Part shown: positions 46,497 to 55,333 of the stretch, one piece after another
Layout: each line of letters opens with the position of its first letter
How positions within the stretch are numbered: position 1 is the first letter of the stretch
NCBI GenBank assembly: GCA_051004875.1
Contig: JBPCJX010000098.1
Span: forward strand, 3,048-67,047
Direction of reading: 5' to 3'
DNA: 64,000 nt
Source of the DNA: Bryobacteraceae bacterium
Lineage (GTDB): Bacteria; Acidobacteriota; Terriglobia; Bryobacterales; Bryobacteraceae
Made by a program: the position numbers and the translations under genes
The notes under the pieces: model-generated
Told to the model about the DNA's origin: nothing
What the model saw: only the letters and a program-made list of their open reading frames with translations
The model's database searches: none

Positions 46497-49400
46497 TTGT
46501 TAAAATTTCGTTTCCCTGGGGATGCCGTGTTGAACACAAGGAAGCTGCTCTGCTCGTTGGCATTAGCTAGTTTGCTACTTACAAATATCTGGTCGCAAGG
46601 TATGTTTGCGACTCTGACTGGCGTTGTTACCGATCCTTCGGGAGCGACCGTCGCTAACGCCAAGGTCACGCTCCGCGATGCTCAATCAGGATCTGCCCGT
46701 AATAGCGTAACCGATAATGACGGCTACTATACATTCGCTTCCGTTCCCGTCGGAACCTATGTGCTGACCGTTGAGGCACCCGGTTTTCAGACTTCTAAGG
46801 CCGAAGGCATCGCGTTAGGAGGCGGCGAAAAACGCAACGTCAACGCCTCTTTGCAAGTCGGCAACACAAACCAAACCGTCGAGGTCGTAGGTGCTGCCGA
46901 TATCATTGCTCCGGTCGACTCCGGTGTGAAGTCGGATATCCTGACCACGAAAGAACTGCAGAATTACGTGCAGGTCGGCAGCAACGCTGCGGAATACATC
47001 AAGATCATGCCGGGTTTCGGCAATCAGAACGGAACCTCCAATAAAGCGAACTACAGCGGTCAGGTCATTGGAATCAACGCCAACGGCGACGCTGGTAGCC
47101 AGAGCCCACTGAACAATTCCTTCAGCTACAACGGCCTGCCTGGAAACACTCTGGATATCGTAGCCGACGGCGCCCACGTCTCAGACCCGGGATGCAATTG
47201 TGACACGCCTGTCAACCCGAACTCCGACTTCATTCAGGAATTCAGGATTCTGGCCTCCAACTTCAGCGCTGAAGAACAGAAAGGGCCAATGGTTATCACG
47301 ACAGTGACAAAGTCGGGAGGCGCACAGTTCCACGGGAACGCCTTCTTCTCCGCCAGGAACTACGTTCTGAATTCGAATGACGCGCTTTTCAACGCCGAGG
47401 GCCAGAAACAGCCGGAAAATAAGTACTACTATCCCGGCGCCAGCATCGGCGGTCCCGTCCTCATCCCCTGGACGCGCTTTAACAAAAACCGCGACAAACT
47501 GTTCTTCTTCACGGGCTACGAATATTTCCATCAGGTTCTCGATACGGGTCTACTCAGGGCCACCGTTCCGACTCCAGGCGAAATCAATGGCAACTTCTCC
47601 CCAGCCGAGGTCGCGAAAGAAGGCAGCATCACGGCTTCGGGCAAGCCTCCGGGACAGGTAAATCAGACGCTATTCCCGGGTGGACAAATCCCGGCCTCGA
47701 TGATCGATCCCAACATGCAGGCTTTGATGAAGCTTTACCCTGCACCGAATGCCGATCCCAACGTCACCGGTGGATATAACTACGTGCAGTCGGAAATTTT
47801 CAATCAGAACAATGTTCAGTGGGTGTCGCGCGTGGACTACAACATCAGCGACAACACCAAGCTGTTTGTCCGCTACAATCTGCAGCGCGAGACACAGTTG
47901 TTCCCAGTCGGCCTCTGGTGGCGCAACAATAGCCAGGTTCCTTATCCCACACCCATAAAAGGTAAGAATCGATCGGACTCTGTCACGGGATCATTGACCC
48001 ACGTATTTAGCCCGACGATGACCAATGAAGTCGTCATGGCATACACGTTTGTCGGATTTCCGAACGTGTTTGCAGATCCAGCGAAGGTGAACCCTAAAAA
48101 CGTCGGTTTCAACGAGCCGCTGCTCTTTAAGAACAACGTTCCGCAGATTCCATCTTTCGGCCAATTTGGTGGAGAGGCCGCGCTCATTTTTAATCCCGGC
48201 GGTTTCGAAGCTGGCGGAGCGGCAGCTGGCCTTTACGCCAACAAATACATGCCGAGCGTCAGCGACACGCTCACAAAGGTGTGGCGCACTCACACGTTCA
48301 AAACCGGTTTCTTCTATGAGTGGATCCGGAACGCCCAGCCAGCCAGCAATAACACCAACGGCCAAATGACATTTGATCCCTCCGGTAATCCGTTCACCAC
48401 CGGTAACCCGTATGCCGACGAGCTGACCGGAAACCTAAACTCATTTCAGCAGCAAAACTTCAACCGCATCAACGATATTTCTTACAACACGTATGAGGGT
48501 TTCATTCAGGATTCCTGGAAAGTCAATCCGAAGTTGACTCTGGAACTCGGCCTTCGAATGACCCATTTCACGCCCTGGGCCGATGACGAGGGGTTTGGGT
48601 ATTCAATTTTTATTCCTTCTCAGTACGCGGGTTCGAGTTGCACATCTGCTCCCACCTTCTGCGGATTCCAGTGGCATGCGCGCGACCCAGCCGTTCCGGT
48701 TGGTGGATTCCCCATGCGGACGCTCTTCTGGCAGCCGCGTTTTGGCCTAGCGTATGACTTGACTGGGAAGGGGAACACTGTGTTACGAGGCGGATGGGGT
48801 AGATTCTACTACCACTCCGGCCAGTTTACCGCTGGATTGGATACCTCCGCAGGCTCAGAGTCAGTAACAATAAGTCCAAGCGATATAAGCGGCACCTTGC
48901 TCGTGAGGAATCTCGGCTCCATACCTTTTACCGCTGCGCCACCCACCCCGTCCGCTGTGGACAGCAGGGACTCCAAGCAGCCTTACACGGACAGCTACAG
49001 CTTCACTATTTCGCAGCGTTTGCCTTGGTCGAGCTTGCTGGAACTTGCCTATGTCGGCAATCAAAGTCATGACCTCCAGAGTGCTGGCGGCTATGGCAGC
49101 AACATCAACCTAGTGCCCGTCGGAGCGATGCTGAGTCAGAGCAATCCAGCCACCGCGAGCGCAAACGATTTCCGTCCGTTTCTGGGTTATAGCGACCTTA
49201 ATTTGGCCACCAGCAATCTTTACGCGAACTACAACTCTCTACAGATAAAGTTCCTTCGCCAGAGAACCCGCTATACGATCAGCGCTAACTACACGTACGG
49301 TAAGTCGCTCGGCATCGTGAGTCCCGGGAACATCACGTTAGGTAGTGGCGGAGCGACTCTTGACCCGTTCAACTTGGGAAACAATTATGGTGTGCAGCCG

Positions 49401-50126
49401 GGCGATCGCCGGCACATCTTCAATGCCGCATATTCACTTGAATTGGGCAGCCCAATACACGGCAACAAGTTTGCCGCCGGAGCAATCAACGGTTGGCAGC
49501 TCTCCGGTGTCACACAGTGGGAGAGCGGCGCGAATCTCACTTACCAAAGCGGTGCGGGCAACGGCAACTACGGCATGTCGCTGGTGGGCAGCGGTGTTCC
49601 TTGCCCAACGACCGCGCTACCTCCCGGAGTGGCATATCCCGTCGTTTGCGGGAGCAATCCGGTCATTCCGGGTTCTGTCAGCGCTGCGAACTTAACAGGA
49701 ATTTCGATTTCGAATCAATCGCTTCTGGGAACCAACGCGATCCAGCTCAACCCCATTGTGACGTGCAATCCGTCCTCGAATCTAGGTTCGCATCAATTCA
49801 TCAATCCAGGTTGTTTTGCTCCAGCATCAGCAGTCGGCGAGAGTGGTCCTACGCTTCTCCCGGTCTCTTACGGCCCCGCTTTCTTTGATTCCGACCTGGG
49901 ACTGTTCAAGAATTTCCAAATCAAGGAATCGATGAAACTTCAGTTCCGTATTCAGGCCTACAACTTCCTGAACCACCCGTTGTGGTCGTTTAACGGGAAC
50001 AACCTGAATCTCTCTTTCCAGCAGAACGCAAGCGGAACCTTCACCAATACCAGTCCGAACTTTGGGACCGTCACGCAGAAGCAAGGCAATCGAATCGTCG
50101 AGCTGGCTGTGAAGTTCTACTTCTAA
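46497..50126 (+). CDS. TonB-dependent-receptor-like outer membrane protein with an N-terminal carboxypeptidase-regulatory-like domain
   Basis: The track start is TTG 46497. GTG 46527 (VLNTRKLLCSLALASLLLTNIWSQG) is an equally good start. It has a CarboxypepD_reg-type segment (TLTGVVTDPSGATVANAKVTLRDAQSG...DNDGYYTFASVPVGTY) and a beta-rich body ending AVKFYF. Confidence 0.8.
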   Translation: MLKFRFPGDAVLNTRKLLCSLALASLLLTNIWSQGMFATLTGVVTDPSGATVANAKVTLRDAQSGSARNSVTDNDGYYTFASVPVGTYVLTVEAPGFQTSKAEGIALGGGEKRNVNASLQVGNTNQTVEVVGAADIIAPVDSGVKSDILTTKELQNYVQVGSNAAEYIKIMPGFGNQNGTSNKANYSGQVIGINANGDAGSQSPLNNSFSYNGLPGNTLDIVADGAHVSDPGCNCDTPVNPNSDFIQEFRILASNFSAEEQKGPMVITTVTKSGGAQFHGNAFFSARNYVLNSNDALFNAEGQKQPENKYYYPGASIGGPVLIPWTRFNKNRDKLFFFTGYEYFHQVLDTGLLRATVPTPGEINGNFSPAEVAKEGSITASGKPPGQVNQTLFPGGQIPASMIDPNMQALMKLYPAPNADPNVTGGYNYVQSEIFNQNNVQWVSRVDYNISDNTKLFVRYNLQRETQLFPVGLWWRNNSQVPYPTPIKGKNRSDSVTGSLTHVFSPTMTNEVVMAYTFVGFPNVFADPAKVNPKNVGFNEPLLFKNNVPQIPSFGQFGGEAALIFNPGGFEAGGAAAGLYANKYMPSVSDTLTKVWRTHTFKTGFFYEWIRNAQPASNNTNGQMTFDPSGNPFTTGNPYADELTGNLNSFQQQNFNRINDISYNTYEGFIQDSWKVNPKLTLELGLRMTHFTPWADDEGFGYSIFIPSQYAGSSCTSAPTFCGFQWHARDPAVPVGGFPMRTLFWQPRFGLAYDLTGKGNTVLRGGWGRFYYHSGQFTAGLDTSAGSESVTISPSDISGTLLVRNLGSIPFTAAPPTPSAVDSRDSKQPYTDSYSFTISQRLPWSSLLELAYVGNQSHDLQSAGGYGSNINLVPVGAMLSQSNPATASANDFRPFLGYSDLNLATSNLYANYNSLQIKFLRQRTRYTISANYTYGKSLGIVSPGNITLGSGGATLDPFNLGNNYGVQPGDRRHIFNAAYSLELGSPIHGNKFAAGAINGWQLSGVTQWESGANLTYQSGAGNGNYGMSLVGSGVPCPTTALPPGVAYPVVCGSNPVIPGSVSAANLTGISISNQSLLGTNAIQLNPIVTCNPSSNLGSHQFINPGCFAPASAVGESGPTLLPVSYGPAFFDSDLGLFKNFQIKESMKLQFRIQAYNFLNHPLWSFNGNNLNLSFQQNASGTFTNTSPNFGTVTQKQGNRIVELAVKFYF

Positions 50127-50192
50127 GCTGCTTCGGCCGTGAATGGTCAAAAGGGATGGCTCAGCCATCCCTTTTGACCTCCAGTATTACAA

Positions 50193-51722
50193 TTGGTGTT
50201 CCTGATGTTTCGATCGCTGGCAGCCGGATTCGCTCTGGTTGGGCTTCTCTACGCCCAAACGTCCTCGCCAGAAGCCGTGCTGCAGCATGCCGTCAAGTTG
50301 CAGCAGGCTGGGGATCTTTCCGGAGCGATAAAAGGCTATCAAGATTTCCTCGCGCTGCGTCCGAATGATATAGCGGCACACTCGAACCTGGGCGTTTTGC
50401 TCTCGCGGGCCGAACGCTTCGATGAGGCGATTGCGGAATACAAGAAAGCGCTCGACCTCGAACCCGCAAATGCCGGCATCACTCTGAATCTCGGATTGGC
50501 TTACTACAAATCGGAACGCATCCCGGAAGCCGCTCAAGAGTTTACGAAAGCGCGAGAGACGGCTCCGGGCAATCTGCAGATTACACTCTTGCTGGCGGAT
50601 TGCCAGTTAAGAATGGGCCAAAACGAAAAAGTCATCGCGTTGTTACGGCGTGTAGAGCAGCAGAATCCCAACGATCTCGCCATTTCGTACCTGCTCGGCA
50701 CAGCCCTGATTCGAGATAACCAGATTCAACAAGGACAGCAGCGTGTGGACCGTATTCTCCGCAACGGAGATTCACCAGAAGCTCGCTTTTTGCTGGGAAG
50801 CCAGATGTTCGCCGCTGGCGATTTTCCCTCCGCAGTGAGCCAGTTTGCCCGTGCCATTGAGCTCAATCCGAATCTGTCCGGTCTTCAATCGTTCTACGGG
50901 CGAGCGCTGTTGAACACGGGTGATCCCGATGCTGCGGCCGGCGCATTCCAACAGGAGTTGGCGTCGAACCCAAGCGATTTCGCAGCCAACCTCTATTTGG
51001 CCGAGATCTTCCTCGCGCGCAAGAAGTGGGGTGACGCCGAGCCGCTGTTGGCGCGCGCATTGCGCATACGGCCCGACTCGGTTGCCGCGAGGAGAGACTT
51101 GGCAAAATTGACCGCGCGGAACGAGAAACTCGGGACTGAGCGAAATACAGAGCAGCCAAACGGCGTACGTGGACCGCGGCCCGGAGATCAAGCACCTGAA
51201 CTCAGTGCCACCCAAATGGGTTCGGGTGAGCGCGTCACGCTTTCGCGCCTACGCCAGGCCGGACCGGTTCTGCTAGTCTTCGGAAGCTACACGTGCCCAA
51301 ATTTTCGCGCCGCTGCGGCGAGTTTGAACGCACTATATACGAAGTACAAGGGTCAGCTGTCTTTTGTCCTAATCTATATTCGCGAGGCGCACTCGACTAT
51401 GGATTGGCAGAGCACAAGAAATGAACGGGAAGGAATCGTCTTGCACCCCGCCACTACGATGGGCCAGCAGCAGGAACACGCAAGTATGTGTGTCCGGAAA
51501 TTGCATATTGATTTCCCGGCACTCCTGGACAATATGACTGGTGACGCGGAGAAGGCGTACTCGGCTTGGCCCAGCAGAGCGTATCTGGTGGATAGCCGCG
51601 GGCGGATCGTTTTTGTCTCGGGGCTGAGTGAGCTCGACTTCAAACCCGATCAGCTCGAGTCTGCGATCCGAACCGCGAGTACGCCAGTGAAACAAACTCT
51701 TTTGCCGCGGGGACTCCAATAG
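50193..51722 (+). CDS. secreted TPR protein with a C-terminal iodothyronine-deiodinase-like thioredoxin-fold domain
   Basis: Signal peptide present, with about 300 aa of TPR. The C-terminal domain carries FGSYTCPNF, YIREAHSTMDW, LLDNMTGDAEKAYSAWPSRAYLVD and RGRIVFVSG. This matches the deiodinase pattern FGS-x-T-(U/C)-P-x-F ... YI-x-EAH-x-x-D-x-W ... D-x-M ... Y-x-A-x-P-x-R. Confidence 0.7.
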   Translation: MVFLMFRSLAAGFALVGLLYAQTSSPEAVLQHAVKLQQAGDLSGAIKGYQDFLALRPNDIAAHSNLGVLLSRAERFDEAIAEYKKALDLEPANAGITLNLGLAYYKSERIPEAAQEFTKARETAPGNLQITLLLADCQLRMGQNEKVIALLRRVEQQNPNDLAISYLLGTALIRDNQIQQGQQRVDRILRNGDSPEARFLLGSQMFAAGDFPSAVSQFARAIELNPNLSGLQSFYGRALLNTGDPDAAAGAFQQELASNPSDFAANLYLAEIFLARKKWGDAEPLLARALRIRPDSVAARRDLAKLTARNEKLGTERNTEQPNGVRGPRPGDQAPELSATQMGSGERVTLSRLRQAGPVLLVFGSYTCPNFRAAAASLNALYTKYKGQLSFVLIYIREAHSTMDWQSTRNEREGIVLHPATTMGQQQEHASMCVRKLHIDFPALLDNMTGDAEKAYSAWPSRAYLVDSRGRIVFVSGLSELDFKPDQLESAIRTASTPVKQTLLPRGLQ

Positions 51723-51727
51723 ACAGT

Positions 51728-52837
51728 ATGCGGAGGTGCAGTTTCCTCCTGATTTTAAGCTTCGCCGCCATGGCTTTGGCACAGACGCCGGAGGCCTTGG
51801 TCCAGGATGCAATTTCCAAGCAGCAGGCCGGTGATTTGGATGGTGCCGTCAAGGAATATCGCGTGTTTCTGAGACTCCGACCCGACGCCGCGGTAATCCG
51901 ATCGAACCTGGGCGCCGCGCTCGCCGGACTTGGGCGTCTCGAGGAAGCAGTCACCCAATATCAGGCCGCCCTGAAGCAGTCGCCTTCCCTTCCAGGAGCT
52001 TCGCTCAATCTGGCATTGGCGTACTACAAGATGGGACGGGTTGGCGATGCGGCGAAGGAGTTAAGCAAGATTCATACAGAGACTCCAACAAATAATCGAG
52101 CGACGCTTTTGCTAGCGGATTGCTCTTTGCGGATGGGCCAGAACAAAGAGGTCATTCAGCTCTTGCAGCCCGCCGAGCACGACCATCCGGAAGATCTCGC
52201 GATCGCGTATCTACTCGGAACAGCGCTGATTCGTGACAATCAGCCAGGGCGAGGACAGATCCTGGTCGATCGCATTCTGCGCCATGGCGACTCGGCAGAA
52301 GCGCACTTGATGCTCGGAAGCGCCAAGATGCAGGTGAGAGACTTCGCGGGCGCGAGAGATGAGTTCGCGAAAGCCGTGGCTCTCAATCCAAACCTTCCGG
52401 ACGTTCACCTCCTCTATGCGCAGTCGTTGCAAGTCACAGGCGATCCGGACGGGGCACTGAAGGAGTTCAAAGCGGAGCTGGCAGTCGATCCGTACAATTT
52501 CGACTCGAATCTTCAGATGGGGGTGTTAGTACGGCAGGACCAGCACTATGAAGAGGCGAGAAGATATCTGAATCGTGCTCTGGATGCCAGACCAGGAGAT
52601 CTTGGAGTGCGCTATCAAGTAGCAACGATCTCCCTTGCCGAAGGAAAAACCGACGAGGCGCGGCAGGAACTCGAATCCATAATTAAGGAAGCGCCTGATT
52701 TCAAGGAGGCGCACGTTTCTTTGGCGACTGTGTATTATCGCCTGAAACGTCCGACCGATGGCAATCGGGAACGAAGCATCGTCCAGAAATTGACCACTGA
52801 AGCTCAGGCAAGGCAGCCTGAAGCTAAGAGGCAGTGA
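51728..52837 (+). CDS. secreted TPR protein, tandem paralog of the TPR part of the preceding gene
   Basis: Signal peptide present. It aligns colinearly with the preceding gene (LLLADCSLRMGQNKEVIQLL vs LLLADCQLRMGQNEKVIALL; AIAYLLGTALIRDNQ vs AISYLLGTALIRDNQ). Confidence 0.7.
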   Translation: MRRCSFLLILSFAAMALAQTPEALVQDAISKQQAGDLDGAVKEYRVFLRLRPDAAVIRSNLGAALAGLGRLEEAVTQYQAALKQSPSLPGASLNLALAYYKMGRVGDAAKELSKIHTETPTNNRATLLLADCSLRMGQNKEVIQLLQPAEHDHPEDLAIAYLLGTALIRDNQPGRGQILVDRILRHGDSAEAHLMLGSAKMQVRDFAGARDEFAKAVALNPNLPDVHLLYAQSLQVTGDPDGALKEFKAELAVDPYNFDSNLQMGVLVRQDQHYEEARRYLNRALDARPGDLGVRYQVATISLAEGKTDEARQELESIIKEAPDFKEAHVSLATVYYRLKRPTDGNRERSIVQKLTTEAQARQPEAKRQ

Positions 52838-53901
52838 TCTTCGCGGCTCGCGCCTGGAGGGGTGCGCTGTTTCTCTCTTTTGCAGTGACGAGCCTGGCGC
52901 AGAAGGACACAGCAGGCCGAGCGTTAGCGGGGTCGCATGCTTGCGCCAATTGCCACAAACAGGAGTACGCCTCACAAATCTCGACCTCCATGGCGCATGC
53001 AATGGAGCCGGTCTTGAGATGCACTATTCTGCAGCAGAACCCTGTGCTTACATTTCGCGACGGAGCTTACTCCTATCGCATCGAGCGGCAAATGAACCAT
53101 AGCTTCTATACGGTGACAGATGGTAAGGACACGTTTCGTGTGCCGCTCGAATACGCTTTTGGGTTGGGCAAAGCTGGGCAGACGTATATCTTCGAGCGAG
53201 ACGGCAAAATGTATGAAAGCCGGGTAAGCTTTTTCAAAGGAAGAAACGGGCTCGATTTGACCATGGGAGCTCAAAATCTGCGACCCAACAATCTTGTAGA
53301 AGCGGCGGGGCGGCTGATGGACCGGCACAGCGCAGAAGACTGCTTTGGCTGCCATACGACCGGAGCTTCACGCGAGGGTATCCACCAACCGGCGTCATTG
53401 ATGCCTGGAATCAGTTGCGAGCGCTGTCACGGATCGGCTCTCGCGCATGTGGAAGGTTTTCGCCAACGGCGGCCCGTGACAATGAAAAAATTCTCGCAGC
53501 TAAGTACGGAGGAGCTGTCTGACTTCTGCGGACAATGTCATCGGACATGGGCACAGATCGCGGCTGACGGGCCGCACGACATAAACAACGTGCGATTTCA
53601 ACCGTATCGACTAGCAAACAGCAAGTGCTACGACCCTTCGGACCGGCGCATCAGTTGCGCAGCTTGCCACGACGTGCATCAGGAAGTGGTGACTTCGGAC
53701 TCATTCTACGATTCTAAATGCTTGGCCTGCCATGCGACGAAGCATGCAGCAGCTGTCAGGCCGGTCGCGAAAAGCTGCCCTGTGGGAAGCCAAAACTGTG
53801 TTACGTGTCACATGCCCAAAGTGGAACTCCCCGGATCGCACTACAAATTTACGGACCATCGGATACGAACCGTCAATGCTGATGCAGCATATCCGCCATA
53901 G
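52834..53901 (+). CDS. secreted multihaem (seven CxxCH) c-type cytochrome
   Basis: The GTG start overlaps the upstream TGA (GTGA). Signal peptide present. Motifs are CANCH, CFGCH, CERCH, CGQCH, CAACH, CLACH and CVTCH. Confidence 0.75.
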   Translation: MIFAARAWRGALFLSFAVTSLAQKDTAGRALAGSHACANCHKQEYASQISTSMAHAMEPVLRCTILQQNPVLTFRDGAYSYRIERQMNHSFYTVTDGKDTFRVPLEYAFGLGKAGQTYIFERDGKMYESRVSFFKGRNGLDLTMGAQNLRPNNLVEAAGRLMDRHSAEDCFGCHTTGASREGIHQPASLMPGISCERCHGSALAHVEGFRQRRPVTMKKFSQLSTEELSDFCGQCHRTWAQIAADGPHDINNVRFQPYRLANSKCYDPSDRRISCAACHDVHQEVVTSDSFYDSKCLACHATKHAAAVRPVAKSCPVGSQNCVTCHMPKVELPGSHYKFTDHRIRTVNADAAYPP

Positions 53902-53952
53902 ACCAAGTGATCTCGATTGTGATAAGCTCCCCACGCTGAGGCATCAAGAAGG

Positions 53953-55311
53953 ATGAATCGAGTCAAGTCAAACAAGTTCGCACGGCGAAGCTTTCTCAAG
54001 GGAGCTGGGCTCCTCGCGGCAGGCAGCTTTTGGGCTGACGAAGTCCTGGACGCGCTCCCCCAGAACACAAACACCCATTCGAAGCCCTCGGAGCTGAAGA
54101 TCACAGATATGCGGGTGGCTGTAATCGGGCACGCGCCCATGACGTGCCCACTCGTGCGCTTGGACACGAATCAAGGTATCTACGGGTTGGGCGAAGTGCG
54201 GGACGGCGCGAGTGCTACGTATGCACTTTTTTTGAAGAGCCGTCTCCTTGGTGAGAACCCCTGTAATGTCGATAGACTCTTTCGCAAAATCAAGCAGTTT
54301 GGCGGCGCCTCGCGACAGGCGGGCGGAGTCTGCGGTGTTGAGATGGCGCTATGGGATCTCGCAGGGAAGGCCTACAACGTTCCCGTCTATCAGATGCTCG
54401 GCGGAAAATTTCGGGATAAGATCCGCATCTATTGCGATACCACCGAGTCGGCGGATCCGAAGCTCTACGGACAGCGCCTGAAAAAGCGCATGGACCAAGG
54501 ATTCACGTGGCTGAAGATGGACCTTGGCATCGATCTCATTCAGAAAACGCCCGGCGCCGTGACACACCCTCTTGGACTCGATCCTACGAAGGACGTGTTT
54601 TGGAAAGAGCACCCATTTACTGGAATCGAGATTACGGATAAGGGGCTCGACCTGATGGCTGAATACGTATCCGTCGTTCGCGAACAGGTCGGTATGGACG
54701 TGCCACTTGCAGCTGACCACTTCGGCCACATCGGAGTGAATTCGTGCATCCGGCTCGGTAAGAAACTCACGCCTTACAACATGGCGTGGCTCGAAGACAT
54801 GGTGCCTTGGTATTATCCGGATCTCTTGAAGCAGATCTCAAGTGAAGTGGACATTCCGATCTTGACGGGCGAAGACATCTACCTGAAAGAAGAATTCAAG
54901 AAGCTGTGTGAAACGCATGCAGTTGACCTCATCCATCCTGACCCGGGGACCTCAGGCGGAATCCTGGAGACCAAGAAGATCGGCGACATGGCGGAAGAAT
55001 ACGGTGTTGGGATGGCCGTACATTTTGCTGGCTCGCCCGTATCGTGCATGGCGGGAGTACATTCGATAGCCGCGACAAATAATTTCCTCGCCATGGAGAA
55101 CCACTCGGTGGACGTCCCTTGGTGGGATTCACTCGTCGAAGGAGTCGAGAAGCCAATTGTGAGTCGCGGGTTCGTTACGGTGCCAGACAAGCCAGGCTTG
55201 GGGGTCACCCTCAACGACGAGGTGGTGAAACAGCATCTGTTGGTGCCGGGCTTCTTCGAACCAACACCGCAGTGGGATCAGGAACGCTCCAATGACCGGC
55301 TGTTCTCCTGA
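53953..55311 (+). CDS. enolase-superfamily (mandelate racemase / acid-sugar dehydratase type) protein with a Tat signal
   Basis: Tat motif ARRSFLKGAGLLAAG. Family pattern (KMDLG, LAADHFGH, WLEDMVPW, HPDPGTSGGI). Confidence 0.75.
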   Translation: MNRVKSNKFARRSFLKGAGLLAAGSFWADEVLDALPQNTNTHSKPSELKITDMRVAVIGHAPMTCPLVRLDTNQGIYGLGEVRDGASATYALFLKSRLLGENPCNVDRLFRKIKQFGGASRQAGGVCGVEMALWDLAGKAYNVPVYQMLGGKFRDKIRIYCDTTESADPKLYGQRLKKRMDQGFTWLKMDLGIDLIQKTPGAVTHPLGLDPTKDVFWKEHPFTGIEITDKGLDLMAEYVSVVREQVGMDVPLAADHFGHIGVNSCIRLGKKLTPYNMAWLEDMVPWYYPDLLKQISSEVDIPILTGEDIYLKEEFKKLCETHAVDLIHPDPGTSGGILETKKIGDMAEEYGVGMAVHFAGSPVSCMAGVHSIAATNNFLAMENHSVDVPWWDSLVEGVEKPIVSRGFVTVPDKPGLGVTLNDEVVKQHLLVPGFFEPTPQWDQERSNDRLFS

Positions 55312-55333
55312 CGAAGCCTTTCGATGTTGTGCG

